Part shown: one piece after another, positions 53,786-64,000 of the stretch | Position numbering within the stretch: position 1 is the stretch's first letter | Layout of the letters: every line of letters begins with the position of its first letter | Assembly: GCA_035524495.1 (NCBI GenBank) | Contig: DATKOR010000045.1 | Location: forward strand, 2,862 to 66,861 | Reading direction: 5' to 3' | Origin: Steroidobacteraceae bacterium | GTDB lineage: Bacteria; Pseudomonadota; Gammaproteobacteria; Steroidobacterales; Steroidobacteraceae | Length of the DNA stretch: 64,000 nucleotides | The notes under the pieces: generated by a model | Seen by the model: only the letters and a program-made list of their open reading frames with translations | Databases searched by the model: none | What the model was told of the DNA's origin: nothing | Made by a program: the position numbers and the translations under genes

Positions 53786-54673
53786 GTGACGGTTCGTCAG
53801 CTCAACGCGCTGCTTGCGGCAGGGGCATTGATCATCGCCCAGGCGGTCCGTGCCGAGGCACCGGTCGGCCTGCTCGAGTTTCACGACCTCGCCCTCGCCC
53901 GGGCCGTCGCTGGCGCGCCTGAGAAGGAGCTGTCGGTCGTCTGCGCGGAGAAGCTGCATGGCGGCGGCGTGCCCACGGGCTATGCGGGTCTGTGGCTGTC
54001 GTTCCTGACTACGGAGCGGGGCCGCGTGCAGATTGCGGCGCTGACGAAGTCATCGATTACTCGGCCCGCGGACACGATCGCACTCAAGCCGCTCTTCAAC
54101 CCGCTACCGACCGCCAGGGTAGGGTCGGCCGGGACACTGGACTGGGCCTATGTGTACGACCGCAACGGCGACGGCCGCATCGACTATCTCGTCTACCTGC
54201 AAAACGCCCACGCGGTGCTCCCCGACCCGCTGCCGCCCGGCTTCCCGAAGCCCGAAGTGCTGCCGAACGGCCAGGTACGCGGCTCGATGGAGCTGATCCG
54301 AGCGATGATCAGTAACGCGCAGCTGGTGTTCAGCCACTACGCGGACGACCGCTTTGACGGCCGCGTCGACGCGGTGGTGGTCCCGGAGTTCGATGCCGAA
54401 CGCCCGATGTTCGTTGGCGGCTACATTGCCTACCTGCGCGCGCGCGACGGACGCGCCGAGGAGGCGTGGGCGTTTCGCGCGTCGATCGGCGAGCGCACTC
54501 GCACGCTGACGCGCGATCCCGCCAAAGGTTACCTGCTGCCCACTCCTGTACCCGGCGAGACCGAGCCGGCCTCCGCGCGAATTGAACGCGGCACGCGGCT
54601 GCTCGAGCTATTCAACGCCGCGCTGGCGCGCTGTCCGGCCGGCACCGCCACCGTGGAACAAGGACCGCGCTGA
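53786..54673 (+). CDS. Secreted orphan protein with a D-x-N-x-D-G-x-I-D calcium-loop-like motif
   Basis: GTG start, 295 aa, with signal peptide (LLAAGALIIAQAVRA). YDRNGDGRIDYL lies at nt 54158-54193. The upstream part of track ORF 53489.. is Arg/Cys-rich and non-coding-like. Confidence 0.55.
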   Translation: MTVRQLNALLAAGALIIAQAVRAEAPVGLLEFHDLALARAVAGAPEKELSVVCAEKLHGGGVPTGYAGLWLSFLTTERGRVQIAALTKSSITRPADTIALKPLFNPLPTARVGSAGTLDWAYVYDRNGDGRIDYLVYLQNAHAVLPDPLPPGFPKPEVLPNGQVRGSMELIRAMISNAQLVFSHYADDRFDGRVDAVVVPEFDAERPMFVGGYIAYLRARDGRAEEAWAFRASIGERTRTLTRDPAKGYLLPTPVPGETEPASARIERGTRLLELFNAALARCPAGTATVEQGPR

Positions 54674-54942
54674 CGGCGCCGAGCGACGCGCCCGTGGAGC
54701 AGCGGGCTCGCGAGGACGTCTCCAAGAGCATCGCGCCACGCGACGACGGCCCGTTCTCGATGCAGCGGGATCACTCGTCACGGCCTCGGGTTCCGGTCCG
54801 CAGCGGCCTGCCCCGTCCGACGACCAAGCATGGGGCTGCCGACGGTCAGCGTCGGCCGCGTGAGCTTTCGGGCTCATCGGTTACAGGTCATTCCGGCCGG
54901 AATAATCTGTTACCCATGTGTCCGGAACAGACCGAGTAAGAT

Positions 54943-55019
<77 letters not shown>

Positions 55020-55045
55020 TCGCGTGCCGCGATCCGCGGGCGCCG

Positions 55046-56035
55046 TCAGTACGAGCGACTGATCGCAAACCCCGCGAGCTGCCTGAGCGCTTCGCAATGA
55101 ACCGACTTGGGAAGTGGTTCGAGCGCCGCAAGAGCCTGATCGGCCTCGCCTTGAGCGAGTCGCGCAGTGTACTCAAGGCCCCCCGACGATTCAATCGCCT
55201 TGATGACCGCCGGAAGCTCCTCGAGGCCGCCGGTCTCGATCGCCCGGCGCAGGAGCGCCTGCTGGTCTGCGGTGCCGTGGCGCAGGGTGTGGATCACGGG
55301 CAGCGTCGGCTTGCCCTCGGCGAGGTCGTCGCCGATGTTCTTGCCGCGCTCGGCGGTGCTGCCGCGGTAGTCGAGCGCATCGTCGACCAGCTGAAACGCG
55401 TTACCGAGGTGACGCCCGTAAGCAGCGAGCGCGCGTTCGACCGCGGGCTCGGCACCGGCGAGCACCGCGGCGATCGCGGCCCCGGACTCGAAGAGCCGCG
55501 CCGTCTTGCGGTAGATCACATCGAGGTAGCGGCGCTCGGTCGTGTCGGGGTCGTGCGCATTCATCAACTGCAGCACTTCGCCCTCGGCGATGATGTTGGT
55601 GGCATCGGCCATGATTTCCATGACGCGCGGGCTCTTCAGCCGCACCATCATCTGGAAGGCCCGGGAATACAGGAAGTCGCCGACCAGCACGCTCGCGGCG
55701 TTGCCCCAGACTTCGTTCGCGGTGTCGCGGCCGCGGCGCTGGTGGGAGCCGTCGACGACGTCGTCGTGCAGCAGCGTCGCCGTGTGGATGAACTCGATGA
55801 CGACCGCGGCGAGCACCTGCGGTCCGAGCGGCGGGGCCCCGGCCGCGCGCGCGGCGATCAGGACCAGCAGCGGCCGCAGGCGCTTGCCGCCGGCGCCAAT
55901 GATGTACTCGGAGACCTGGTTGACGAGCGCGACGTCGCTGGCGAGCTCCTTGCGGATCGTCGCGTCCACGGCCGCGAGGTCCGCGGTCACCGTGCCGCGG
56001 ATGCCCTCGAGCAGCGTTGGTTGTTCGGCGGCCAT
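55046..56035 (-). CDS. ispB: Octaprenyl-diphosphate synthase
   Basis: Trimmed to [14 protein letters not shown]…, 329 aa. Both polyprenyl synthase Asp-rich motifs are present ([17 protein letters not shown]). Confidence 0.92.
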   Translation of the reverse strand: MAAEQPTLLEGIRGTVTADLAAVDATIRKELASDVALVNQVSEYIIGAGGKRLRPLLVLIAARAAGAPPLGPQVLAAVVIEFIHTATLLHDDVVDGSHQRRGRDTANEVWGNAASVLVGDFLYSRAFQMMVRLKSPRVMEIMADATNIIAEGEVLQLMNAHDPDTTERRYLDVIYRKTARLFESGAAIAAVLAGAEPAVERALAAYGRHLGNAFQLVDDALDYRGSTAERGKNIGDDLAEGKPTLPVIHTLRHGTADQQALLRRAIETGGLEELPAVIKAIESSGGLEYTARLAQGEADQALAALEPLPKSVHCEALRQLAGFAISRSY

Positions 56036-56105
56036 AGCGCTCGGGATCCTACCGGCATTCCCGAACCGGGCCAAACGGCCCGGACGCCCCGGGTGTCGTC
56101 CGGGT

Positions 56106-56134
56106 TTGACGCAACCCCGCGCCCTCATTAGAAT
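56106..56134 (+). promoter_or_regulatory. Sigma70-type promoter for rplU-rpmA
   Basis: TTGACG (56106-56111), a 17-nt spacer, then TAGAAT (56129-56134), about 74 nt upstream of the rplU ATG. Confidence 0.6.
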
Positions 56135-56207
56135 TCGCGGTTCCGTCGACCCGCCCGGGCGCAGGGTGCCCGGGATCCGGCGGGTCCCGTTTCGAGGTGA
56201 GTGCCAC

Positions 56208-56519
56208 ATGTTCGCGGTCATCCAAACCGGCGGTAAGCAGTACCGCGTCAGCGAGGGCAGCGTCCTTCGCGTGGAGAAGCTCCCGGCCGACGCCGGCGCC
56301 ACGGTCGAGTTCAGCGACGTGCTGCTGGTCGGGCAGGGCGACAGCGTCAAGCTCGGCAAGCCGTACCTCGCAGGCGCCAAGGTCACGGCGACGGTCCAGT
56401 CGCACGGCCGCGCGGCGAAGGTTGCGATCGTGAAATTCCGGCGCCGCAAGCATTACCTGCGCCAGGGCACGCACCGCCAGCCGTACACCGAGGTCAAGGT
56501 CACCGGGATCAGCGGCTAG
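56208..56519 (+). CDS. rplU: 50S ribosomal protein L21
   Basis: [17 protein letters not shown]…, 103 aa. Confidence 0.97.
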   Translation: MFAVIQTGGKQYRVSEGSVLRVEKLPADAGATVEFSDVLLVGQGDSVKLGKPYLAGAKVTATVQSHGRAAKVAIVKFRRRKHYLRQGTHRQPYTEVKVTGISG

Positions 56520-56551
56520 GGCCGAGTCCCCCGCATCGGAGTTCATCCCCC

Positions 56552-56809
56552 ATGGCACACAAAAAGGCAGGCGGCAGTACCAAGAACGGCCGCGATTCCC
56601 AGTCGAAGCGGCTTGGCGTCAAGCGCTTCGGCGGCGAGCAGGTCCTGGCCGGCAACATCCTGGTCCGCCAGCGCGGCACGCAGTACAAGGCCGGCCGCAA
56701 CGTCGGCGTCGGCACCGACCACACGCTGTTCGCGCTCGTCACCGGCAAGGTGGCGTTTGCGAAGAAGGGCGCCGAACAGCGCACCTTCGTCAGCGTCGTC
56801 GCCGACTGA
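56552..56809 (+). CDS. rpmA: 50S ribosomal protein L27
   Basis: [24 protein letters not shown]…, 85 aa. Confidence 0.97.
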   Translation: MAHKKAGGSTKNGRDSQSKRLGVKRFGGEQVLAGNILVRQRGTQYKAGRNVGVGTDHTLFALVTGKVAFAKKGAEQRTFVSVVAD

Positions 56810-56834
56810 GGCGGCTGCAGCGCCCATCGAGGAA

Positions 56835-56862
56835 CCCCGGCCCGCGCCGGGGTTTTTCGTTT
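56835..56862 (+). terminator. Rho-independent terminator/attenuator between rpmA and obg
   Basis: CCCCGGC-CCGC-GCCGGGG forms a 7-bp stem, followed by TTTTTCGTTT. Confidence 0.75.
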
Positions 56863-56897
56863 GGGGGCCGCTTGCCCCACTTGGCTAGACTCCGGCC

Positions 56898-57938
56898 ATG
56901 AAATTCGTCGACGAAGCGCTGCTGCGGGTCCAGGCCGGCCACGGCGGGCGCGGGTGCGTGAGCTTTCGCCGCGAGAAATTCGTGCCCTTCGGGGGGCCGG
57001 ACGGCGGGGACGGGGGCCTCGGCGGCAGCGTCTACCTGCGCGCGCAGCCCGGCATCAACACGCTCGCCGACTTTCGGATCCAGCGCACCTACAAGGCCGA
57101 GTCGGGCACCGCCGGCAGCGGCAACGACTGCACCGGTGCCGGCGGCGCGGACCTCACCGTACCCGTGCCGGTCGGCACGACCGTCATCGACGATGAGACC
57201 GAGGAGCAGCTCGGCGACCTCACGAGGGCCGGCGACACCGTGATCGTCGCGCGCGGCGGCAAGGGCGGGTGGGGCAACACGCGCTTCAAGTCGAGCACCA
57301 ATCGTGCGCCGCGCAAGGCGATGCCGGGGCTTCCGGGCGAGAAGCGGCGGCTCAGGCTCGAAATGCGGGTCATCGCCGACGTCGGGCTCCTCGGCCTCCC
57401 CAACGCCGGCAAGTCGACGCTGATCCGCGCGGTGTCGGCCGCACGACCCAAGGTCGCGGACTACCCGTTCACGACGCTCTTCCCGAACCTCGGCGTCGTC
57501 AGCGTCGGCCTCGGCCGCAGCTTCGTGATGGCGGACATCCCGGGACTCATCGAGGGCGCGGCCGAGGGCGCCGGTCTCGGCATCCGCTTCCTCAAGCACC
57601 TGCAGCGCACGCGCGTGCTGCTGCACATCGTCGACATCCTGCCGCCGGATCCGGCGGCCGACCCGGTCGCCGATGCGCGCGCGATCGTCGCGGAGCTCAA
57701 GAAGTTCAGCGCCGAGCTCGGCAAGCGCGAGCGCTGGCTGGTGCTGAACAAGATCGACCTGCTGCCGGCCGCGGAGGCGGAGGCGAGGTGCCGCGAGATC
57801 GTGCGGCGGCTGCGCTTCAAGGGGCCGACGTTTCGGATCTCGGCGGCGACCGGGGCCGGGACCCGGGAGCTTTGCGAGGCGCTGATGCGCCGGATCGAGG
57901 GCGAGGCCCCGGCCGGCGATGACGCGGGCGCCCCTTAG
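56898..57938 (+). CDS. obg: GTPase Obg/CgtA
   Basis: [28 protein letters not shown]…, with G motifs [18 protein letters not shown] and NKID. 346 aa. Confidence 0.96.
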   Translation: MKFVDEALLRVQAGHGGRGCVSFRREKFVPFGGPDGGDGGLGGSVYLRAQPGINTLADFRIQRTYKAESGTAGSGNDCTGAGGADLTVPVPVGTTVIDDETEEQLGDLTRAGDTVIVARGGKGGWGNTRFKSSTNRAPRKAMPGLPGEKRRLRLEMRVIADVGLLGLPNAGKSTLIRAVSAARPKVADYPFTTLFPNLGVVSVGLGRSFVMADIPGLIEGAAEGAGLGIRFLKHLQRTRVLLHIVDILPPDPAADPVADARAIVAELKKFSAELGKRERWLVLNKIDLLPAAEAEARCREIVRRLRFKGPTFRISAATGAGTRELCEALMRRIEGEAPAGDDAGAP

Positions 57939-57947
57939 AAACGCAAC

Positions 57948-57967
57948 GGGCCGGTCAGTGCCGGCCC
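57948..57967. terminator. Hairpin between convergent obg and rpsT (possible bidirectional terminator)
   Basis: GGGCCGG-TCAGTG-CCGGCCC forms a 7-bp stem. No clear U-tract on either side. Confidence 0.4.
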
Positions 57968-57997
57968 GCGTGCCAGACGCGCCTCAGCGCGATCGGG

Positions 57998-58261
57998 TCA
58001 CTTCAGCGCCTTAACGAGCGCCGACAGGCGGCTCTTGTGGCGCGCCGCGGTGCTGCGGTGAATGATGCCCTTGTTGACCATCGAGTCGATGACCGGAACC
58101 GCGGCCTTCAGCGCCGCCTGGGCACCGGCCTTCTCGCCGGTCGCGATCGCGGCGCGCGCCTTCTTGATCGCGGAGCGCATCTTCGAGCGCAGCGTCATGT
58201 TGTGGGCGCGGCGCACCACGGCCTGGCGGGAGCGCTTCTCGGCGGACTTGATGTTGGCCAA
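57998..58261 (-). CDS. rpsT: 30S ribosomal protein S20
   Basis: (M)ANIKSAEKRSRQAVVRRAHN…, 87 aa. Initiates at TTG (complement of 58259-58261). The track ORF extension upstream has no homology-like sequence. Confidence 0.93.
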   Translation of the reverse strand: MANIKSAEKRSRQAVVRRAHNMTLRSKMRSAIKKARAAIATGEKAGAQAALKAAVPVIDSMVNKGIIHRSTAARHKSRLSALVKALK

Positions 58262-58401
58262 AGGACCGGACCTCGGAAAGCAGTCGAATACGGAGCCCGC
58301 TATTTTGCTGACCCGCGCATACCGTGTCAATTTCGAGGCCCGGCCGACGGCCTGCGAGCCCGGTATAGTGCCCGGCCGATGAACCCCGCGACCGCGATCG
58401 A

Positions 58402-59958
58402 ATGAAAGGCGGCTTCCTGAGGAGCACGACGATCGTCGGCGCGATGACGCTCGTCTCGCGGGTGACCGGCGTTGTGCGCGAGACGGTCTACGCCGCGATG
58501 CTGGGCGCGAGCCCGGCGATGGACGCGTTCCTGGTCGCGTTCAAGATCCCGAACTTCCTGAGGCGCATCACCGCCGAAGGCGCGTTCTCGCAGGCCTTCG
58601 TGCCGGTCGTCTCGGAATACCGCCAGAAGCGCTCGCCGCAGGAGGTCGAGCGGCTCGTCGCGGGCGTCACCGGCACGCTCGGGCTCCTGCTGCTCGGCGT
58701 GACGGCCCTGGGCATCATCGGGGCACCGGTCGTGATTTACCTGTTCGCGCCGGGCTTCGACCAGGCGGGCAGCCGACACGAGCTCGCGGTCGAGATGCTG
58801 CGCTGGACGTTTCCGTACATCTTCTTCATCTCGCTGACGGCGCTCGGCGCCGGCGTCCTGAACAGCTACGGCAAGTTCGGCACCGCGGCGTTCAACCCGG
58901 TGATCCTGAACGTCGTGATGATCGTGTTCGCGGCCTTCGTCGCGCCGCACTTCGCAAAGCCCGGGCTCGCGCTCGCGATCGGCGTGTTCGTCGCCGGCGT
59001 CGTGCAGCTGGTCGCGCAGTTCCGCGGGCTCGCCAAGCTCGGCATGCTCGGCCGGCCGCGCTGGGCGTGGTCGGACGAGGGCGTGCGGCGCGTCGGCCGG
59101 CTGATGCTGCCCGGCATCTTCGGCTCCTCGGTCGCGCAGGTCTCGATCCTGCTCGACACCTGGATCGCGACCTTTCTCGTGACCGGGAGCATCTCTTGGA
59201 ACTACTACGCCGACCGGCTCGTTGAGTTTCCGATGGGCGTGTTCTCGATCGCGCTCGCGACCGTGATCCTGCCCCGGCTCTCGGCCCACCACGCTCAGGA
59301 GTCGCCGGAGCACTTCAATGCAACGCTCGACTGGGGCCTGAAGCTCACCTGCCTCGTGTCGCTGCCGGCGGCGGTCGGGCTCTTCATGCTGGCGGGGCCG
59401 CTGAACGCAACGCTGTACGGCTACGGGCGCTTCAACACACACGACATCTGGATGACCAGCATCGCGCTGATGGCTTACGCGCTCGGCCTGCTGGCCTTCA
59501 GCCTCGTCAAGGTGCTCGCGCCCGGTTACTTCGCGCGCCAGGTGGTCGGGCCCGCGGTGCGGGCCGGCGTGATCTCGCTGATCGTCACGATGGCCTTCAA
59601 CGTGGGGGTCGCATTCCCGGCGAGTCGGCTCGGCGTGCCGGCGCCGCACGCGCTGCTCGCGCTCGCGACCGGCATCGGCGCGTACGTCAACACCTGGCTC
59701 CTGTACCGCGGGCTCAGGCGCGCCGGGGTCTACACGCCCTCGCCGGCGTGGCGGCGCCTCGCGGGTCAGATCGTGCTCGCGAATCTCGCGATGGCGCTGT
59801 TCCTGTGGTGGGCGGCGGGCAGCTGGGCCGACTGGCCTGAGTGGCGGGCGATGGCGCGCATCGTGCGGCTCGGTCTGTGCGTCGCGGGCGGCGGTGCGGT
59901 GTACGGCGCGACGCTGTGGCTCGCGGGCCTGCGGTACCGCGATCTGCGGGCCGTATAA
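58402..59958 (+). CDS. murJ: Lipid II flippase MurJ (MviN)
   Basis: 518 aa and multi-TM. SRVTGVVRETVYAAMLGASPAMDAFLVAFKIPNFLRRI is the canonical MurJ N-terminus. Confidence 0.93.
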   Translation: MKGGFLRSTTIVGAMTLVSRVTGVVRETVYAAMLGASPAMDAFLVAFKIPNFLRRITAEGAFSQAFVPVVSEYRQKRSPQEVERLVAGVTGTLGLLLLGVTALGIIGAPVVIYLFAPGFDQAGSRHELAVEMLRWTFPYIFFISLTALGAGVLNSYGKFGTAAFNPVILNVVMIVFAAFVAPHFAKPGLALAIGVFVAGVVQLVAQFRGLAKLGMLGRPRWAWSDEGVRRVGRLMLPGIFGSSVAQVSILLDTWIATFLVTGSISWNYYADRLVEFPMGVFSIALATVILPRLSAHHAQESPEHFNATLDWGLKLTCLVSLPAAVGLFMLAGPLNATLYGYGRFNTHDIWMTSIALMAYALGLLAFSLVKVLAPGYFARQVVGPAVRAGVISLIVTMAFNVGVAFPASRLGVPAPHALLALATGIGAYVNTWLLYRGLRRAGVYTPSPAWRRLAGQIVLANLAMALFLWWAAGSWADWPEWRAMARIVRLGLCVAGGGAVYGATLWLAGLRYRDLRAV

Positions 59959-59980
59959 TCCCGCGAACGACCTCGCCCTC

Positions 59981-60919
59981 ATGCACCTCTATCGCGGGCT
60001 CAACAACTGCAGGGTCGACGGCCGCGGCGCTGCGGTCGCGATCGGCAACTTCGACGGCGTGCACCTCGGCCATCAGGCGCTGGTGCGCGCCGCGCGCGAG
60101 CGGGCGCAGGCGACCGGCGCGGCGCTCGCGGTGCTGACCTTCGAGCCGCATCCGCGCGAGTACCTCGATCCCGGCGCCGCGCCGCCGCGGCTGATGCGGG
60201 TCGGCGAGAAGTGCGCCGCGCTCGCGGCGGCGGGCGTCGAGCGCCTGATCGTGCTCCGGTTCGATTCGCGCCTGCAGCACCTCTCGCCCGAGTCCTTCAT
60301 CGACACGGTGCTGCGCGACGGGCTCGGCGCGCGCCACGTCGTCGTCGGCGAGGGCTTTCGCTTCGGCTGCCGGCGCGCCGGCACGATCGAGTCGCTTCGC
60401 GCGGCCGGCGCGGCCGCGGGCTTCGAGGTCGTGGCCGTGCCGAGTGTCACGCTCGACGGGCAGCGCGTCTCGAGTACGCGGGTCCGGACGGCGCTCGCGG
60501 CCGGCGACCTCGACGGCGCCGCCCGGCTGCTCGGCAGGCCCTATACGCTGACCGGACGCGTGATCGCCGGCGAGCGACTCGGCCGCCAGCTCGGCTACGC
60601 AACCGCGAACCTGCGCCTGCACCGGCGCATCGCGCCGCTCGGCGGGGTGTTCGCGGTCGACGTGCGCGGCATCGACGGCCGGGGCGCGGCGGCCGCCGTG
60701 GCCTCGCTCGGCACGCGCCCGACGGTCGGCGGCGGCGAGACGCTGCTCGAGGTCCACGTCTTTGATTTCGACGGCGACCTGTACGGCCGGCGGCTGGCGG
60801 TCGATTTCGTCGCCAAGCTGCGCGACGAGGAGAAGTTCGCGTCGCTCGATGCGCTGGTCGCGCAGATGCACGCCGATGCGGCCCGCGCCCGTGAGATCCT
60901 AGCGGCTCGTGCCGCCTGA
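59981..60919 (+). CDS. ribF: Bifunctional riboflavin kinase / FMN adenylyltransferase
   Basis: Trimmed to MHLYRGLNN…[16 protein letters not shown]…, 312 aa. C-terminal riboflavin kinase blocks ([21 protein letters not shown]). Confidence 0.93.
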   Translation: MHLYRGLNNCRVDGRGAAVAIGNFDGVHLGHQALVRAARERAQATGAALAVLTFEPHPREYLDPGAAPPRLMRVGEKCAALAAAGVERLIVLRFDSRLQHLSPESFIDTVLRDGLGARHVVVGEGFRFGCRRAGTIESLRAAGAAAGFEVVAVPSVTLDGQRVSSTRVRTALAAGDLDGAARLLGRPYTLTGRVIAGERLGRQLGYATANLRLHRRIAPLGGVFAVDVRGIDGRGAAAAVASLGTRPTVGGGETLLEVHVFDFDGDLYGRRLAVDFVAKLRDEEKFASLDALVAQMHADAARAREILAARAA

Positions 60920-60930
60920 CGAGAGAGGCT

Positions 60931-63753
60931 GTGGACTACAAGCAAACGATCAACCTGCCGCAAACCGACTTCCCGATGAAGGCGGACCTCGCCAACCGCG
61001 AGCCGCGCTGGCTCGGGTTCTGGTCGGGCCGCGACATCTACGCGAAGCTGCGCGCGGTGGCGCGCGGCCGCCCGGTGTTCATCCTCGCCGACGGCCCGCC
61101 GTACGCCAACGGCGCGATCCACATCGGGCACGCCGTCAACAAGGTGCTGAAGGACGTCGTCGTCAAGTCGCGCACGCTCGACGGCTACGACGCACCGTAC
61201 GTGCCGGGCTGGGACTGCCACGGGCTGCCGATCGAGCACCAGGTCGAGAAGTCGCACGGCCGCGTCGGCACGAAGCTCGACGCCAAGGCCTTTCGCGCCG
61301 CGTGCCGCGAGTACGCGGGAAAGCAGATCGATGCGCAGCGCACCGACTTCGTCCGGCTGGGCGTGCTCGGCGACTGGGGGCGCCCGTACCTGACGATGGC
61401 GCCGGCCTACGAGGCGGCCCAGCTGCGCGCCTTCGCGCGCATCTACGAGCGCGGCCACATCTACAAGGGCTACAAGCCGGTCCACTGGTGCCTCGACTGC
61501 CGTTCGTCGCTCGCCGAGGCCGAGGTCGAGTACGAGGAACGCACGAGCCCGAGCATTGACGTGCGTTACGCCGTCGTCGACGTCGTTGACCTCGCGCGGC
61601 GCAGCGGGCTCGATCCCAGCGACCTCGCGAGCCCGAGCGTCGTGATCTGGACCACGACGCCGTGGACGCTGCCGGCGAGCCAGGCGGTCGCCGTGCACCC
61701 GGAATTCGACTACCTCGTGCTGCGCGCCGAGGGCGGGCGGGGTGCGGAGACACTGATCGTGGCCGCCGACCTGGCGGCGGCGGTCGCGACGCGCGCCGGC
61801 TTCGACACCCAGGCGCCGCTCGCGCGCTTCAAGGGAGCCGTGCTCGAGGGCCTGAAGCTCAGGCACCCGTTCTACGACCGCGAGGTGCCGGTGATCCTCG
61901 GCGGGCACGTGACGCTCGATGTGGGCACGGGCGCCGTGCACACGGCCCCGGGCCACGGTCTCGACGACTACATCGTCGGCCAGCGCTACGGTCTCCCGGT
62001 CGACAACCCGGTCGGCGGCGACGGCCGCTTCCTCGCCTCGACGCCGCTGTTCGCCGGGCTGCAGGTGTTCGAGGCCAACCCCAGGATCATCGAGGTGCTC
62101 GCCGAGCGCGGGCGGCTGCTGTCGCACGCGCCGTACCGGCACAGCTACCCGCACTGCTGGCGGCACAAGACCCCGGTGATCTTCCGCGCGACGCCGCAGT
62201 GGTTCATCGGCATGGAGCAGGAGGGACTGCGCGCGCAGGCGCTGTCCGAGATCCGGCGCGTCGCCTTCACGCCCGGCTGGGGCGAGAACCGCATCTACAG
62301 CATGATCGAGAGCCGCCCCGACTGGTGCGTATCGCGGCAGCGGACCTGGGGCGTGCCGATCCCGTTCTTCGTGCACCGCGAGACCGGCGCGCTGCACCCG
62401 CGCACGATCGAGCTGATCGACGCGGTCGCGGCCCGCGTCGAGCAGGGCGGCATCGACGCCTGGTTCGACTTGAAGCCCGAGGAGCTGCTCGGTGCCGAGG
62501 CCTCCGCGTACGAGAAGTCGACCGACGTGATGGACGTGTGGGTCGACTCCGGACTCTCGCACTGGTGCACGCCGCACGAGCGTCCCGAACTGCGCTTCCC
62601 GGCGGACCTCTACCTCGAGGGCTCCGACCAGCATCGCGGCTGGTTCCACTCCTCGCTGCTGACCTCGGTCGCGATGCACGGCCACGCGCCCTACCGCGGC
62701 GTCCTGACGCACGGGTTCACCGTGGACGAGAAGGGCCGCAAGATGTCGAAGTCGCTCGGCAACACGGTGGTGCCGCAGAAGGTCATCGCCTCGCTCGGCG
62801 CCGACGTGCTCCGGCTCTGGGTCGCGGCCACCGACTACGCCAACGAGATCGCGGTCTCCGACGAGATCCTGAAGCGGATGGCGGACTCGTACCGGCGGAT
62901 GCGCAACACCGTGCGCTTCCTGCTCGGCAACCTCGCCGGCTTCGCGCCGCAGCAGCACGCGCTGCCGGTCGATCGGCTCGTCGAGCTCGACCGCTGGGCG
63001 ATCGGGCGCGCGCACGCGCTGCAGCAGGAGGTGATCGCCGCCTACCGCAGTTACGAGTTCCACCTGATCTACCAGAAGGTCCACAACTTCTGCGTCGTCG
63101 ACCTCGGGGCGTTTTACCTGGACGTGCTCAAGGACCGGCTTTACACGACGCCGGCCGCCGGCGCCGCGCGGCGTTCGGCGCAGACGGCGCTCTGGCACAT
63201 TGCCGAGGCGATGGTGCGCTGGCTCGCGCCGCTGCTGTCGTTCACGGCCGAGGAAATCTGGCAGGCGCTGCCGCCGCTCGAAGGCCGCCCCGAGTCGGTG
63301 TTCCTGTCCGAGTGGTACGCGCTGCCGGCCGTGGTCCCGGGCGCCGGCATCGACTGGGACGCGGTGATTGCGCTCAAGGCCGACGTCAGTCGCGAGCTCG
63401 AGGCGCTGCGCGCCAAGGGCCTGATCGGCGGCACGCTCGACGCGGTCGTCGACGTCTGGGCCGAGCCCGCGGTTCACGCGCGCCTCGCACCGCTCGGCGA
63501 TGAGCTGCGCTTCGCGCTGATCACCTCCGAGGCGCGCCTGCACGACGCCGCGACCCGCCCGGTCGAGGCGGCGCCGGCGCCGAGCGTGGCCAAGGCCGGC
63601 GTCTACATCGCGGTGCAGCCGAGCGGCGAGCGCAAGTGCGCGCGCTGCTGGCACCTGCGCCCGGACGTCGGCCAGGATCCGCGCCACCCGGAAATCTGCG
63701 CGCGCTGCGCGAGCAACGTCGAGGGCCCGGGCGAGACGCGGAGGTTCGCATGA
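60931..63753 (+). CDS. ileS: Isoleucine--tRNA ligase
   Basis: 940 aa with HIGH-type motif ([12 protein letters not shown]), KMSKS, and a C-terminal Zn-binding CxxC…CxxC. Confidence 0.97.
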   Translation: MDYKQTINLPQTDFPMKADLANREPRWLGFWSGRDIYAKLRAVARGRPVFILADGPPYANGAIHIGHAVNKVLKDVVVKSRTLDGYDAPYVPGWDCHGLPIEHQVEKSHGRVGTKLDAKAFRAACREYAGKQIDAQRTDFVRLGVLGDWGRPYLTMAPAYEAAQLRAFARIYERGHIYKGYKPVHWCLDCRSSLAEAEVEYEERTSPSIDVRYAVVDVVDLARRSGLDPSDLASPSVVIWTTTPWTLPASQAVAVHPEFDYLVLRAEGGRGAETLIVAADLAAAVATRAGFDTQAPLARFKGAVLEGLKLRHPFYDREVPVILGGHVTLDVGTGAVHTAPGHGLDDYIVGQRYGLPVDNPVGGDGRFLASTPLFAGLQVFEANPRIIEVLAERGRLLSHAPYRHSYPHCWRHKTPVIFRATPQWFIGMEQEGLRAQALSEIRRVAFTPGWGENRIYSMIESRPDWCVSRQRTWGVPIPFFVHRETGALHPRTIELIDAVAARVEQGGIDAWFDLKPEELLGAEASAYEKSTDVMDVWVDSGLSHWCTPHERPELRFPADLYLEGSDQHRGWFHSSLLTSVAMHGHAPYRGVLTHGFTVDEKGRKMSKSLGNTVVPQKVIASLGADVLRLWVAATDYANEIAVSDEILKRMADSYRRMRNTVRFLLGNLAGFAPQQHALPVDRLVELDRWAIGRAHALQQEVIAAYRSYEFHLIYQKVHNFCVVDLGAFYLDVLKDRLYTTPAAGAARRSAQTALWHIAEAMVRWLAPLLSFTAEEIWQALPPLEGRPESVFLSEWYALPAVVPGAGIDWDAVIALKADVSRELEALRAKGLIGGTLDAVVDVWAEPAVHARLAPLGDELRFALITSEARLHDAATRPVEAAPAPSVAKAGVYIAVQPSGERKCARCWHLRPDVGQDPRHPEICARCASNVEGPGETRRFA

Positions 63754-64000
63754 GCACGCCGCTGCCGCCGGGGAGCGCGCTGCGCTGGCTGTGGCTGAGC
63801 GCGCTCGTGGTCGCCGTCGACCAGGCGACCAAGGCGCTGATCGTCGCGCGCTTCGAGCTGTTCGAGCGCAAGGCGCTGCTGCCGGTGCTCGAGCTCACGC
63901 GGCTGCACAACAAGGGCGCGGCATTCAGCTTCCTCAGCGACGCCTCGGGCTGGCAGCACTACCTGTTCCTCGTGCTCGCGGCGCTCGTCAGCGTCGGCAT
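63750..64000 (+). CDS. lspA: Lipoprotein signal peptidase II (5' part, runs off the window)
   Basis: ATGA overlap with the ileS stop. [32 protein letters not shown]…[10 protein letters not shown] is typical LspA. The ribF-ileS-lspA order is conserved. Confidence 0.9.
   Translation, partial: MSTPLPPGSALRWLWLSALVVAVDQATKALIVARFELFERKALLPVLELTRLHNKGAAFSFLSDASGWQHYLFLVLAALVSVG

Noticed and set aside
59954-59959. Perfect TATAAT hexamer overlapping the murJ stop codon, 22 nt upstream of ribF.
   Set aside because: No acceptable -35 lies at 16-18 nt spacing (GCGGTA) and there is no extended -10 TG. It could be a weak internal promoter, but the sequence alone does not support calling it.
60595-63687. 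1030-aa minus-strand ORF.
   Set aside because: It is antisense to ileS, whose identity is unambiguous (HIGH/KMSKS motifs). It has Arg/Ala/Gly-rich shadow composition.

Overview
Very GC-rich proteobacterial chromosomal segment (G+C judged by eye, not computed; gene content looks gammaproteobacterial, of the Xanthomonadales/Nevskiales type, low confidence). I call about 57 protein genes and one tRNA-Pro(CGG). I found no transposase, integrase, CRISPR array or phage genes.

The right two-thirds is mostly housekeeping and central metabolism:
- hexR-zwf / edd-eda, ppc, sdaA, ispB
- rplU-rpmA-obg, rpsT, murJ, ribF-ileS-lspA
- assorted accessory genes: a Baeyer-Villiger monooxygenase with an esterase, a GGDEF-EAL sensor, a malonyl-CoA synthetase

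The left ~25 kb is the unusual part. It is an almost uninterrupted block of exported, outer-membrane and periplasmic proteins of unknown function:
1. An ApbE flavin-transferase module with a DUF3570 outer-membrane barrel that carries an intact flavinylation motif, plus DUF4266, a TlpA-like thioredoxin and two small barrels.
2. A divergent pair of units. One is a 940-aa beta-propeller lipoprotein with two CxxCH motifs. The other is an operon with a DUF1588-like CxxCH protein, an 842-aa lipoprotein (duplicated CxxCH modules plus a LamG domain), a Tat-exported DUF1501/DUF1552-like protein, and a Zn-ribbon/SAM-methyltransferase/PqqD-like fusion.
3. A translationally coupled operon with a second TlpA-like thioredoxin, a coiled-coil secreted protein, two giant TPR proteins, a small secreted protein, ExbB, two ExbD and a TonB-like protein. 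No TonB-dependent receptor is nearby.

I regard this 4.4-24.7 kb region as the best candidate for an undescribed envelope redox/energy-transduction system.

Many long ORFs in the track are antisense or out-of-frame shadows typical of high-GC DNA and were rejected. Several track ORFs were trimmed to internal starts that give proper signal peptides or conserved N-termini.
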